A DNA stretch of 64,000 nt, from IMG/VR virus record IMGVR_UViG_3300045988_179616, positions 32,001 through 96,000 of that record; one strand, 5' to 3'. Source of the stretch: a virus. Of this stretch, positions 12,862-21,611 are shown piece after piece (positions within the stretch are counted from its first letter, which is position 1; each line of letters starts with the position of its first letter). The notes below the pieces were generated by a model that made no database searches, had not been told where the DNA came from, and saw only the letters and a program-made list of their open reading frames with translations. A program made the translations under genes and the position numbers.

Positions 12862-13329
12862 TTACTTATTGTCTTTTGCCATCAGTCGGAACAGCTGTCC
12901 CTCGGACAAGAAACTTGCTTTCTGATACTTGATTTGATAGGGCTTGCCGTCAATCTCGATATCTCCGGCTTCTGTAAATGGGATATTATCGGCTTTCCAT
13001 TTCTGCCCATAGAATTCAGTGACCAGCTTTTCAAACATCTGTCCCCGGTTGTATTTGCTATTAGCTACCAAATTTTCAAGGTAACTAACGGAACATAGCG
13101 GAATGGACTCACCATTGGCTATTAGCTCTATTTTTTGGGCTGTTGTGGGGGCAAATTTTAATGTTTGTCCCTGTCCCCGGCTTGCGGTTTGTGTGGTCAA
13201 GTAGTGTTCCATATCCGCCATATTACAGGCTTTTTTTACCATGTAGACCGTTCCCCGAACAGCTACACCAAAAATGTAGTTATGAGTAAAAGCATGATTA
13301 TAATAGCATTCAATCAGGTTTTTTTTCAT
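12862..13329 (-). CDS. possible PD-(D/E)XK (Mrr-like) nuclease, first gene of the leftward early operon
   Basis: 155 aa. GQMFEKLVTEFYG...AGDIEIDGKPYQIKYQK fits the E...D...(Q/E)xK restriction-endonuclease core. A promoter lies at 13347-13376. Confidence 0.35.
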   Translation of the reverse strand: MKKNLIECYYNHAFTHNYIFGVAVRGTVYMVKKACNMADMEHYLTTQTASRGQGQTLKFAPTTAQKIELIANGESIPLCSVSYLENLVANSKYNRGQMFEKLVTEFYGQKWKADNIPFTEAGDIEIDGKPYQIKYQKASFLSEGQLFRLMAKDNK

Positions 13330-13346
13330 TATAAGAACCTCCCTTC

Positions 13347-13376
13347 ATTATCAGAATTTTTTTATTGACTTGTCAA
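13347..13376 (-). promoter_or_regulatory. leftward early promoter TTGACA-18-GATAAT
   Basis: The minus strand reads ttgacaagtcaataaaaaaattctgataat. It lies in the divergent control region. Confidence 0.5.
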
Positions 13377-13538
13377 GGTACATCGGTCTGCTGCCGGATT
13401 GCTTTTCCATGGTCTTATGTTACCATATCCCGAGCCAGAAGTCAACATTTTTAAGCTAAAAACCTGCACAAAAATAGCCGGGGGTTATTTTCTAAAATTG
13501 TGCATTTTGACGAACGCCTCCCAAAACGGGTCTGGAAC

Positions 13539-13644
13539 ATTTTCTCACCGAGATTAAAAATCGAAAACAAAACTCATAAATTTTCTCACCGAGATTAAAA
13601 ATCGAAACTCCTACTTCCTCTTTTTCTCACCGAGATTAAAATTT
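13539..13644 (+). repeat. three direct repeats (ATTTTCTCACCGAGATTAAAAATCGAAA) spaced exactly 41 bp apart
   Basis: Copies lie at 13539-13566, 13580-13607 and 13621-13644 (the third is shortened). A partial TTCACCGAAAA lies at 13648-13658. All are upstream of the late promoter. Confidence 0.9.
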
Positions 13645-13674
13645 AGCTTCACCGAAAATTTCCTCCCCAAAAAT

Positions 13675-13704
13675 TTGACTCCAACCTTTCTCCCATGGTA
13701 TAAT
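13675..13704 (+). promoter_or_regulatory. rightward (late operon) promoter TTGACT-18-TGGTATAAT
   Basis: The sequence is aaatttgactccaacctttctcccatggtataat. Three phased 28-bp repeats lie upstream. Confidence 0.55.
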
Positions 13705-13759
13705 AAAAATAGAAACTAAGAGCCAATCACACTTTGGCTTATACATAAGGAGCGTATTA

Positions 13760-15079
13760 ATGAATCGTCTAAATCTCGACTTCTCACTTTCCAGTGATGA
13801 AGCCCGCGCCGAATACGTCCAAACCTATATCCAAAACTTCGACGCAGAAAAACCTCTCACAAGTTCCGAACTCGAAAAAATCGCCGACTATCTCCTATGG
13901 GGCAAAAATTCCGAAGGCCTCTCCTCAGACAAAAGCGCAAATATCGAACTAAAGTCTACATGGTCATCTCATCCATTAGTCTCTCTCGACGAATTACGTG
14001 AAAGTCCCGCCTTTAATGAAGACTCAATCCGCCCCATAAGCGACACCCCAACCAAAACTTCGAAACAAAAATTCTCACGCCAACTCGCGCGCAAAAACGC
14101 CCCGCCTCACATACTCGCCCTATTGGAACCACTCTGGCGTGAAATTGACGAAATCGACTTCCAGCTCTCAACCTACGAAGTTCGAACCGGTAAAAAAGAA
14201 AAAGTTCGCGAAGACCTGCGCGCCCAGTTTACTCCTTCCGAACTCCAAAGCCTCGAAGAAAAATCAAAACTCCTAAATCCCTACTCCTACCTAAAACAAA
14301 AACGTCTCCTAATCGAAAAACGACGTGAACAATTCACTCTCCAAGATTTCTACCAGACAAAACTCCAACGCTTTATCCCTCACACCTATAACCCACTCGA
14401 AACCCCAATCTTCGATGCTGATATCCCCATCTATCCACTCGGCCTAAAAGGACCTTCAAATTTAGCACGGGCTCTCTTCCCCGAAGGAAGATTTCCAATT
14501 CCCTCAGACTTAAAAAGTGAAAAAGACCAGCGCGCCCTCTCAACTCAAATCTGGACCCCTCGTTCCTCTCGCTACTTTGACTTTGAGGATTTGGCACATC
14601 TTCAAGCTTTGGTAAAAATTTGGGATTCCCTAGAAGAAGGACTAGACTCTTTACCTCTCGAAAGTACATTGCGAGCCCTCTTTGAAACTTTTGAATGGTA
14701 TAAATCCCTAGCTGACCTGACCCCCCTCGAAGAAGATATCTTCCAACTAAAAATGGCCCACCAACAAAACCAGCCAATCGTTGAATACATCAACAAAAAA
14801 TACAACAAAACCTATAACTCAAACTATATCTCCACTATTTTCCACCAAAAAGCCCTCTCAAAAATTTGCGCGGCTGCCGCAACCCATCGTGAGCACGCCG
14901 AAAATTTATTTTTCCCTGAAAATTTCAAACGTTGTAAAGATTGTGGAAGAACCTTACTTCTGGATAGTAAGTATTTTATGAGGAGACAAAGTTCTCGTGA
15001 TGGATATTCTTGTCGGTGTAAGAAGTGCGACCGGCTATTACGATATAAAAGAGAAGGGCGTGAAGCCCCCTTGGTATAA
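13760..15079 (+). CDS. sigma-region-4-like HTH protein with a C-terminal zinc ribbon (candidate late transcription factor)
   Basis: 439 aa. LTPLEEDIFQLKMAHQQNQPIVEYINKKYNKTYNSNYISTIFHQKALSKI resembles a sigma70 region 4 / LuxR HTH. The C-terminus has CKDCGR...CRCKKC. It is the first gene after the late promoter. Confidence 0.4.
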   Translation: MNRLNLDFSLSSDEARAEYVQTYIQNFDAEKPLTSSELEKIADYLLWGKNSEGLSSDKSANIELKSTWSSHPLVSLDELRESPAFNEDSIRPISDTPTKTSKQKFSRQLARKNAPPHILALLEPLWREIDEIDFQLSTYEVRTGKKEKVREDLRAQFTPSELQSLEEKSKLLNPYSYLKQKRLLIEKRREQFTLQDFYQTKLQRFIPHTYNPLETPIFDADIPIYPLGLKGPSNLARALFPEGRFPIPSDLKSEKDQRALSTQIWTPRSSRYFDFEDLAHLQALVKIWDSLEEGLDSLPLESTLRALFETFEWYKSLADLTPLEEDIFQLKMAHQQNQPIVEYINKKYNKTYNSNYISTIFHQKALSKICAAAATHREHAENLFFPENFKRCKDCGRTLLLDSKYFMRRQSSRDGYSCRCKKCDRLLRYKREGREAPLV

Positions 15080-15090
15080 AGGAGAAAACT

Positions 15091-15360
15091 ATGGATAAAA
15101 ATAATCGTACAAAAATTTTTATGGAGCTATTAGTAGGACTAGAGGCTATTGAGTTTGTGGGCCTTTGTAAGTTTTTGGGCGTCCGACTCGTTGAGAAAAA
15201 GAGCGAGCCGGCGCCAACTACGCCCAATGATGAAGCTCCTAAAAAATCCGAAACCCGTGATTTTTCAGACTTATTTAGTGATTTGCTCCAAAAATTTTCA
15301 AACCTATCTCGGCCTCGTCAGCGCGAACTCATAAAAATCCTCAAAAAAGTCAACAAATAA
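15091..15360 (+). CDS. hypothetical protein (89 aa)
   Basis: ORF with a GGAG RBS and the same C-rich codon style as 13760..15079. Confidence 0.5.
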   Translation: MDKNNRTKIFMELLVGLEAIEFVGLCKFLGVRLVEKKSEPAPTTPNDEAPKKSETRDFSDLFSDLLQKFSNLSRPRQRELIKILKKVNK

Positions 15361-15378
15361 AAAGGAGGATTAGTAGTA

Positions 15379-16368
15379 ATGCCACTACAACCGAATATAC
15401 CAAAACAAAAACGCTCATTTCTTACAAAAGAATGCCCGCGTTGTAAGCAACAACAACTAGAAGAAGATTTCACAAAAACTCACTCGATTTTCTACCCAGA
15501 TGGAGTACTTCCCATCTGTAATGATTGTATTACTCATTACCTCAAACAGAATGAGTTTAGTTGGCGCGCAGTTGATAAAGTCTGTCAATGGGCCGATATC
15601 CCCTTCATTGTGAAAGAGTTTGAGAGGCTAAGAGATTTGAATTCTGATGATACTGTTTGGGGCGTTTATGCAAAAGTCTTTGCAACAGAAGAATATAAGA
15701 ATTTAGGATGGGACAGTTATAACTCCCAATATCTCGAACTAAAAAAAGTTGGACTTATTGAGGATGAGATTCCATTAGTAAAGGAAAAGCATTTTGAGGA
15801 ATTGCGCCGACGCTGGGGAGGCAACTATGATGATGATGAACTCTATTACTTAGAGGACCTCTATAAAGGCTTGCTTCTTTCTCAAAACGTATCTGGCGCG
15901 CTAGCGATTGACCAAGCTCAAAAGCTCTGTAAGCTTTCGTTAGAAATAGATAAACGAATCCGTGCCGGCGACAAAGACGTCGATAAATTCCTCTCATCTT
16001 ATGATAAGATTGTGAAGACAGCAGATTTTACTCCTAAGTCAGTCAAAAACGCAACCGACTTTGATAACATTGGAGAACTGATGCTCTGGCTCGAAAAGCG
16101 CGGGCACCAAAACAAATTCTATGATAATACTACTAGAGATGTTATCGATGAGACTTTGAAAAATATTGAAGCTTGGAATCAGCGTTTATATATAAATGAA
16201 GGTGGTCTTGGAGATGAGGTGACCGCGCGACTTCAGGCTCTTCAAAATGTCGCTCAAACAGATAACTTTTATGACCTCCAAGCAGACAACTTTGATGCGG
16301 ATGTCTATGAGGCCGAAGCTTTCAAAGAGGATGAAAGTGAGGAGTTCGATGCGGGAGGAACCCTCTAA
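15379..16368 (+). CDS. zinc-ribbon protein, possible small terminase subunit
   Basis: It contains CPRCKQ...CNDC. It sits immediately upstream of, and overlaps, the large terminase gene (ATG within TAATG). The call rests on position only. Confidence 0.3.
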   Translation: MPLQPNIPKQKRSFLTKECPRCKQQQLEEDFTKTHSIFYPDGVLPICNDCITHYLKQNEFSWRAVDKVCQWADIPFIVKEFERLRDLNSDDTVWGVYAKVFATEEYKNLGWDSYNSQYLELKKVGLIEDEIPLVKEKHFEELRRRWGGNYDDDELYYLEDLYKGLLLSQNVSGALAIDQAQKLCKLSLEIDKRIRAGDKDVDKFLSSYDKIVKTADFTPKSVKNATDFDNIGELMLWLEKRGHQNKFYDNTTRDVIDETLKNIEAWNQRLYINEGGLGDEVTARLQALQNVAQTDNFYDLQADNFDADVYEAEAFKEDESEEFDAGGTL

Positions 16369-18155
16369 TGGCTGTAATTACTTTGCGCGACCCTACTTCA
16401 ATTTATAACTCCCAAAATCGTCTTTTTAGAGAAGGGATCGAATTAGAAAAAGGAGTTGTTATAACTGAGGAATTCTTAGAGCGAAATGAGAAGTTTCTGG
16501 AAGAGGAGCTTCAACTTTATACAGTTTATCCTGACATCTATTTAGATACAATAAAACCCATTGACTCCCAATTTGATTTGTTTCCTTATCAACGCTTATT
16601 TCTGCGCGCGCTTATGCGTTATAATCAAATCTATATTACCGCAACTCGCGCAGCTTCAAAGTCATTTCTAAGCGTCCTTGGGCTCTATCTTCAGTGTGTC
16701 TTTATCCCTAATCATAGATGCTCGATTGTCGCCCCTGTCAAGACGCAAGGCGTAAAGATTATGAGACAGAAAGTAGAAGAAATCATAAAGATTTGGCCTT
16801 TATTAGAGAAAGAGCTTGAAGTTTTTATGGGGAAGCCTCATATGAACTTTTCAAAAGATGTGGCCGAGCTTTACTTCAAGAATGGCTCCAAATTTACTTG
16901 CGAGGGCGCTACGGACTCATCACGTGGTCTCAGACTTCACTCAACATTCCTCGACGAGGTACGTGATGCTGATGGAGATATTATTTCCGAAGTTATACTT
17001 CCTCAACTAAATGTTTCTCGGCGTGACGCAAATGGTCTAGTAAATCCTTATGAAGTTTGTAACCAGCAAGTTATTGCTGGAACTTCAGCAGGTATGAAGT
17101 CTTCTTATGCTTATTCACTTCTAATAGAAACAATGATACAAGCAATAATTGACCCAAAAAGAGCCTTTGTTATGGGTCTAGACTATCGTATTCCTGCCCA
17201 GCATGGCTTGGTTGATAAAAAACACGTTGAGAAATTGAGGATGTCTTCAGCCTATAACGAAATGACATTCGCATCAGAGTTCATGGGGACTTGGAGTGGA
17301 GGAAGCGAGGAATCTTGGTTTGATTTTGAGAAACTTTCTAAATATCGAACAAAGAAAAATCCAGAATTTACTCAGAAATTTAGAAACCAGCAGAATTGTT
17401 TCTACTTTATCAGTGTAGACGTAGGACGCCTACAAGACTCAACAATTGCTTGTATCTTTCGAGAAAACATCAAGAATGACAAATACTACTCAACTCTCGT
17501 CAATATTGAGGTTCTTGGAAGACAAGCAGAAACAAAAACCTTTACACAACAAGCAATTGATTTGAAGCTTCTGATTGAGAGATATAATCCTCGAGAAGTT
17601 TTGATCGACTGCAATGGTTTAGGTTTAGGCCTCGCAGATGAGATGATAAAAACTCATACAGATGCGCGAGGTCGTGAGCTTCCTGCATACGGCTTTTTCA
17701 ATAACGATGATTACAAAAAAATCCAACCTAAAGACTCTATTCCTATTTTATATTCTATGAAAGCAAATGGCCCCCTAAAATCAAAAATCAATGGTAATGC
17801 CTATTCTCGTTTGAGTGGCGGATTGGTTCGGTTCTTGATTAGTGAGCAGGAGGCGCGCAATGCTCTTCTTGGAACGAAAGTTGGTCAAAAAATGACAATG
17901 CGCGAGCGAGTCCAACGGCTACTTCCTCATGAGCAGACAACAAAACTTTTTGAAGAAATGGGTAATCTTCGCGTCAAAAATGTAGGTATAGATATAGTCC
18001 TTGAAGCGATAAATAAACGGTTCCATGATGACCGCTATTATGCTTTTGCTTATGGGTTATGGCGTATCAAAGAGATTGAAGAGGCTCAAATGAAAAAACA
18101 ACGAAGACGGGGCGCTGGAAAACGCAACCTAATATTCTTTACGGGAGGGGCATAA
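16368..18155 (+). CDS. terL: terminase large subunit
   Basis: 595 aa. It has a Walker-A-like ITATRAASKS, Walker B STFLDEV, and RNaseH-like nuclease motifs ISVDVGR and LIDCNGLGLGLADEM. Confidence 0.85.
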   Translation: MAVITLRDPTSIYNSQNRLFREGIELEKGVVITEEFLERNEKFLEEELQLYTVYPDIYLDTIKPIDSQFDLFPYQRLFLRALMRYNQIYITATRAASKSFLSVLGLYLQCVFIPNHRCSIVAPVKTQGVKIMRQKVEEIIKIWPLLEKELEVFMGKPHMNFSKDVAELYFKNGSKFTCEGATDSSRGLRLHSTFLDEVRDADGDIISEVILPQLNVSRRDANGLVNPYEVCNQQVIAGTSAGMKSSYAYSLLIETMIQAIIDPKRAFVMGLDYRIPAQHGLVDKKHVEKLRMSSAYNEMTFASEFMGTWSGGSEESWFDFEKLSKYRTKKNPEFTQKFRNQQNCFYFISVDVGRLQDSTIACIFRENIKNDKYYSTLVNIEVLGRQAETKTFTQQAIDLKLLIERYNPREVLIDCNGLGLGLADEMIKTHTDARGRELPAYGFFNNDDYKKIQPKDSIPILYSMKANGPLKSKINGNAYSRLSGGLVRFLISEQEARNALLGTKVGQKMTMRERVQRLLPHEQTTKLFEEMGNLRVKNVGIDIVLEAINKRFHDDRYYAFAYGLWRIKEIEEAQMKKQRRRGAGKRNLIFFTGGA

Positions 18156-18156
18156 T

Positions 18157-19674
18157 TTGGAACAACAAAATACCGAGTTCAAAAGAAATTTTGACCTTGC
18201 CTCCTTTAAAAGAGCATCAAGCGGAATGGTTTCCAAAAATAATGAGGTTTATGGAGACTACGACTATCTCTCTTGGCGCTCTAGGTCCCGCACTCTAAAA
18301 GATTACAAACCTGAAGAAATTGATAATATCATTAATTCGGGTTCTTTATCAGAACAAAGAGAAGTTTCAAGGAATTATTTCCTAAAAGATGGCTTATATC
18401 GTGCTATCATCCTCTATTATGCTAATCTTCTAAAGTGCGCGAACCTTTTGATTCCAAAAGTAAGTTTTGGGAAAAAACTTTCTGACAAGACCACTCAGAA
18501 AAGATACTATAAAGCTTTAGATTATTTAGATGAAATAAATCCCCCAATTTTATATAATAAAATCGTGACACGAGCCCTAACCGATGGCGCATACTTTGGA
18601 CTAATTTCATCTTTGGATAAGGAATCTTTTGTCTTGATTGACCTACCTGCCTCTTACTGCCAGTCTAGATTTAGAGACATTTATGGTAGAGATATTATTG
18701 AATTCAATGTCAATTATTTTGACCATTTTACCGATGAAGATACTCGAAATCAAGTTCTAGAGATTTATCCCAAAGAAGTTATAAGTTTTTATCGTCGATA
18801 TCAAAAAGGTAAAACTAAAACTTCTTGGATAAAATTATCTACTGATAGTACTCTTTACTTTAGTATTCTTGAAGAGGGGAATCCGACTTTTTTGAATGTC
18901 ATTCCTGCTACAATTCAATATGATGAAGCAGTAGATACTGAAAGAGAAAGAGACTTGGAAGAAATCCGTAAGATTCTCATTCAGAAAATACCTCACTTGC
19001 AGGATGGGTCGCTTCTTTTTGAACCAGATGAGGCTCTCGAAATGCACACTGGCGCGGTGGGCATGATGAAAGGAAATAAAAATCTTTCTGTTTTAACTAC
19101 TTACGCTGATGTAGATAGTATTGTCTCAAAAACTTCATCTGATGCTGTTTCAAACAATCTAGAGAAGATGCTTCAAAATGTTTATGCTGAAGCTGGCGTC
19201 AGTGGTCAACTCTTTGCACCAACTGGTTCTCAAGCATTATCTACTTCTATCCTAAATGATATAAGCTTTATGATGCCAATTACTAATAAAATTTCAAAAT
19301 TTATTAGTGAACTTCTAACCCAACTTTTTGGAAATTCTAATATAAAATTTACTTATAAAATTCTACCGGTTTCTATTTATAACCAAAGTGATTATTTAAC
19401 CGATGCTTTTAAATTAGCTCAAAGTGGATATAGTTTCTTCTTACCGGGCGCCGTTATGGACTTAAATCAACGAGAACTCCTAAGCATGAAAGAACTTGAA
19501 AATGAAGTTGAAAAACTTCAAGAAAAGTTAGTGCCTCTAAATTCAGCTTATACTCAAAGTGGAACTTCTGGAGACCCTGGACGCCCAGAAATGAAAACAG
19601 AAGAAAAAGCACAAACTACTATTGAACAAGAAGCATCAACAGACAAACAAGGAGGCTTGAATATAGATGAATAA
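18157..19674 (+). CDS. portal protein (TTG start as tracked; true start uncertain)
   Basis: 505 aa, directly after terL, with an acidic C-terminus. The call rests on position and size. Confidence 0.65.
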   Translation: MEQQNTEFKRNFDLASFKRASSGMVSKNNEVYGDYDYLSWRSRSRTLKDYKPEEIDNIINSGSLSEQREVSRNYFLKDGLYRAIILYYANLLKCANLLIPKVSFGKKLSDKTTQKRYYKALDYLDEINPPILYNKIVTRALTDGAYFGLISSLDKESFVLIDLPASYCQSRFRDIYGRDIIEFNVNYFDHFTDEDTRNQVLEIYPKEVISFYRRYQKGKTKTSWIKLSTDSTLYFSILEEGNPTFLNVIPATIQYDEAVDTERERDLEEIRKILIQKIPHLQDGSLLFEPDEALEMHTGAVGMMKGNKNLSVLTTYADVDSIVSKTSSDAVSNNLEKMLQNVYAEAGVSGQLFAPTGSQALSTSILNDISFMMPITNKISKFISELLTQLFGNSNIKFTYKILPVSIYNQSDYLTDAFKLAQSGYSFFLPGAVMDLNQRELLSMKELENEVEKLQEKLVPLNSAYTQSGTSGDPGRPEMKTEEKAQTTIEQEASTDKQGGLNIDE

Positions 19675-21022
19675 ATTTGAGTTTCCGGTCGCTGTTTATG
19701 GCAACATAGAAAAATATAATGATGTATTATCAAAGGCGCGGTGCCGAATTTTCTATAAATATGGTAATAGAAACGGTACTTATATAACGGATGAGTTTGC
19801 AGAAAAACTTCTACAAACTCTTCCTTACGCGCCGGTCAAAGGCATCTATGAATATGATGACTACACCGACCATGGAAGTCGAAGAAGCGAGGGAAGAATT
19901 TATGGAATTGTTCCCGAAAATCCTAATGTCAGCTGGGAGCCTCATCTTGATGAAGACGGAGTAGAAAGAACCTACGCTTGCGCAGATGTTCTAATTTTTA
20001 CTGCGCTTTATGCTGAAGCTGGAGACATCGTAGGGAAATCTCAATCAATGGAACTTTATGAGCCATCTTTGAAATATCATCAGGCAATTTATGATGGACA
20101 AAAGTTCATTGTGTTTGATGAAGGATGCTTTTTAGGTCTCCAAGTTTTAGGAGATGATGTCGAGCCTTGCTTTGAGGGCGCGAGCTTCTTCGAACTTCAA
20201 ACTAGTATTGATAAAGTTATAAAGAAGATTCAAGAGATTGAAGCTATTTATACTAAAAATGGAGGAACAGAGACTATGGAAATAAATTTCAAACTTTCCG
20301 ATGGCCAAAAGCATGATGCTCTTTGGTCTCTCTTGAACACCGAGTATAATGAGGAAGGAAACTGGACAGTTAGCTATGCTATTTGTGAAGTTTTTGATGA
20401 CTATGCTCTAGCCTATAATTATGAGAGCGGTAAGTATGAGCGAGTTTATTATACGAAGAATGATGAGACTGATAGTGTTGAGCTAGGCGAACGTATCCAA
20501 GTTTATATTATTGATGTAACCGAAAATGAAAAGCAGACTGTTGATACTTTGCGTCAATTGAATGGCGGTACTTATGAACTTGTAAATGAGGATTTGACAA
20601 ATGCTGAAACTCTAAAAGAAGAAAATTCTAATTTTAGTTCCAAAATTGAAGAACTAAATGGTGAGATTTCTACTTTACAAGCAGAGAAGGCTGGTATTGA
20701 GGCTCAATATACTGAGGCTCAGGCCCAGGTCCAGACACTAACAGAAGAAAACAGTTCTCTAAATGAGTATAAAGCTCAGATTGAAAAAGAGCAGAAAGAT
20801 GCTGTATTCGCTGAGTATGAAGGACATCTAAGTGAAGAAATTCTAAATACTTATCGCGAGAATAGCGCTAACTATTCTGTATCTGATTTGGATAAAGAGC
20901 TAGCTTATGAGTTGAAGAAGACTGGTTTTTCTGCTTTTTCTAAAAACGACCGTCAAGGTCTAATTCCTAAGGACGTGCCTCTACAAGGTCTAGATGCCGT
21001 CTTAGCTAAATATGTTAAGTAA
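19667..21022 (+). CDS. scaffolding protein, with a possible prohead-protease-like N-terminal domain
   Basis: 451 aa. The C-terminal half is a coiled coil (EELNGEISTLQAEKAGIEAQYTEAQAQVQTLTEEN). It sits between the portal and capsid genes. Confidence 0.45.
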   Translation: MNKFEFPVAVYGNIEKYNDVLSKARCRIFYKYGNRNGTYITDEFAEKLLQTLPYAPVKGIYEYDDYTDHGSRRSEGRIYGIVPENPNVSWEPHLDEDGVERTYACADVLIFTALYAEAGDIVGKSQSMELYEPSLKYHQAIYDGQKFIVFDEGCFLGLQVLGDDVEPCFEGASFFELQTSIDKVIKKIQEIEAIYTKNGGTETMEINFKLSDGQKHDALWSLLNTEYNEEGNWTVSYAICEVFDDYALAYNYESGKYERVYYTKNDETDSVELGERIQVYIIDVTENEKQTVDTLRQLNGGTYELVNEDLTNAETLKEENSNFSSKIEELNGEISTLQAEKAGIEAQYTEAQAQVQTLTEENSSLNEYKAQIEKEQKDAVFAEYEGHLSEEILNTYRENSANYSVSDLDKELAYELKKTGFSAFSKNDRQGLIPKDVPLQGLDAVLAKYVK

Positions 21023-21036
21023 TTGGAGGAAATAAA

Positions 21037-21591
21037 ATGGCTGCAAAAAGACTAGTAATTAGTGGCTATGGTCAAGTTGAGCTAAATAATGTTGCCTTCC
21101 GTCGTGATGGTCGTATTGAGGCTCAGTGCGCTCCTAATGCCACCGATTTCGCAGATATTCCTGTTGAGAATGGTATGCTTTTGGCTGTTGATGATACTAA
21201 TCATTGTGTAAAGCTACCTAAAGATGATTCTCTACCCATCGCTCTAGTTTATTCTACTGAGCATATGTATGATGAGCGGACTCCTGGTCTAAAGAACTTC
21301 AAGCTAAATGGTTCTGATGACTTCTTCCCCCGTTTAGGCTACCTATCTGTTGGCGACAAGTATCGTACCAATTGCATTTGCTATGATAGTACCGAATTTG
21401 CCACTGAGGAAGCTCTAATTACCGCTCTAAAGGCTTGTGCTACCACGCCTGTATATGGTATGGCTGATGCTTCTGGTGCTACTAAGCTATCTGCTACTGC
21501 AGGTACTTTTGGCCCCAAGCTAAAAGTTGTTGCTTTTGACACTATGCCTGATGGCCAAAAGGGCGTCAAGCTACAAGTGCTAGCTGACTAA
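21037..21591 (+). CDS. capsid accessory or decoration-like protein
   Basis: 184 aa, immediately upstream of the capsid gene (lambda-like order B-C/Nu3-D-E). It has the same extreme CTA-Leu codon style as the capsid gene. Confidence 0.3.
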   Translation: MAAKRLVISGYGQVELNNVAFRRDGRIEAQCAPNATDFADIPVENGMLLAVDDTNHCVKLPKDDSLPIALVYSTEHMYDERTPGLKNFKLNGSDDFFPRLGYLSVGDKYRTNCICYDSTEFATEEALITALKACATTPVYGMADASGATKLSATAGTFGPKLKVVAFDTMPDGQKGVKLQVLAD

Positions 21592-21611
21592 TAAAAGGAG
21601 GGTAAATTATA

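Noticed and set aside
13539-13644. A possible mini-CRISPR array, since the 28-bp direct repeats are regularly spaced.
   Set aside because: There are only three copies with 13-nt intervening segments, far too short for spacers. There are no cas genes, and the location immediately upstream of a promoter fits a protein-binding array better.
14373-14808. Minus-strand ORFs 14373..14777 and 14602..14808 inside the first late gene.
   Set aside because: They are antisense shadow ORFs caused by the C-rich, G-poor coding strand of 13760..15079. They have no promoter or RBS.
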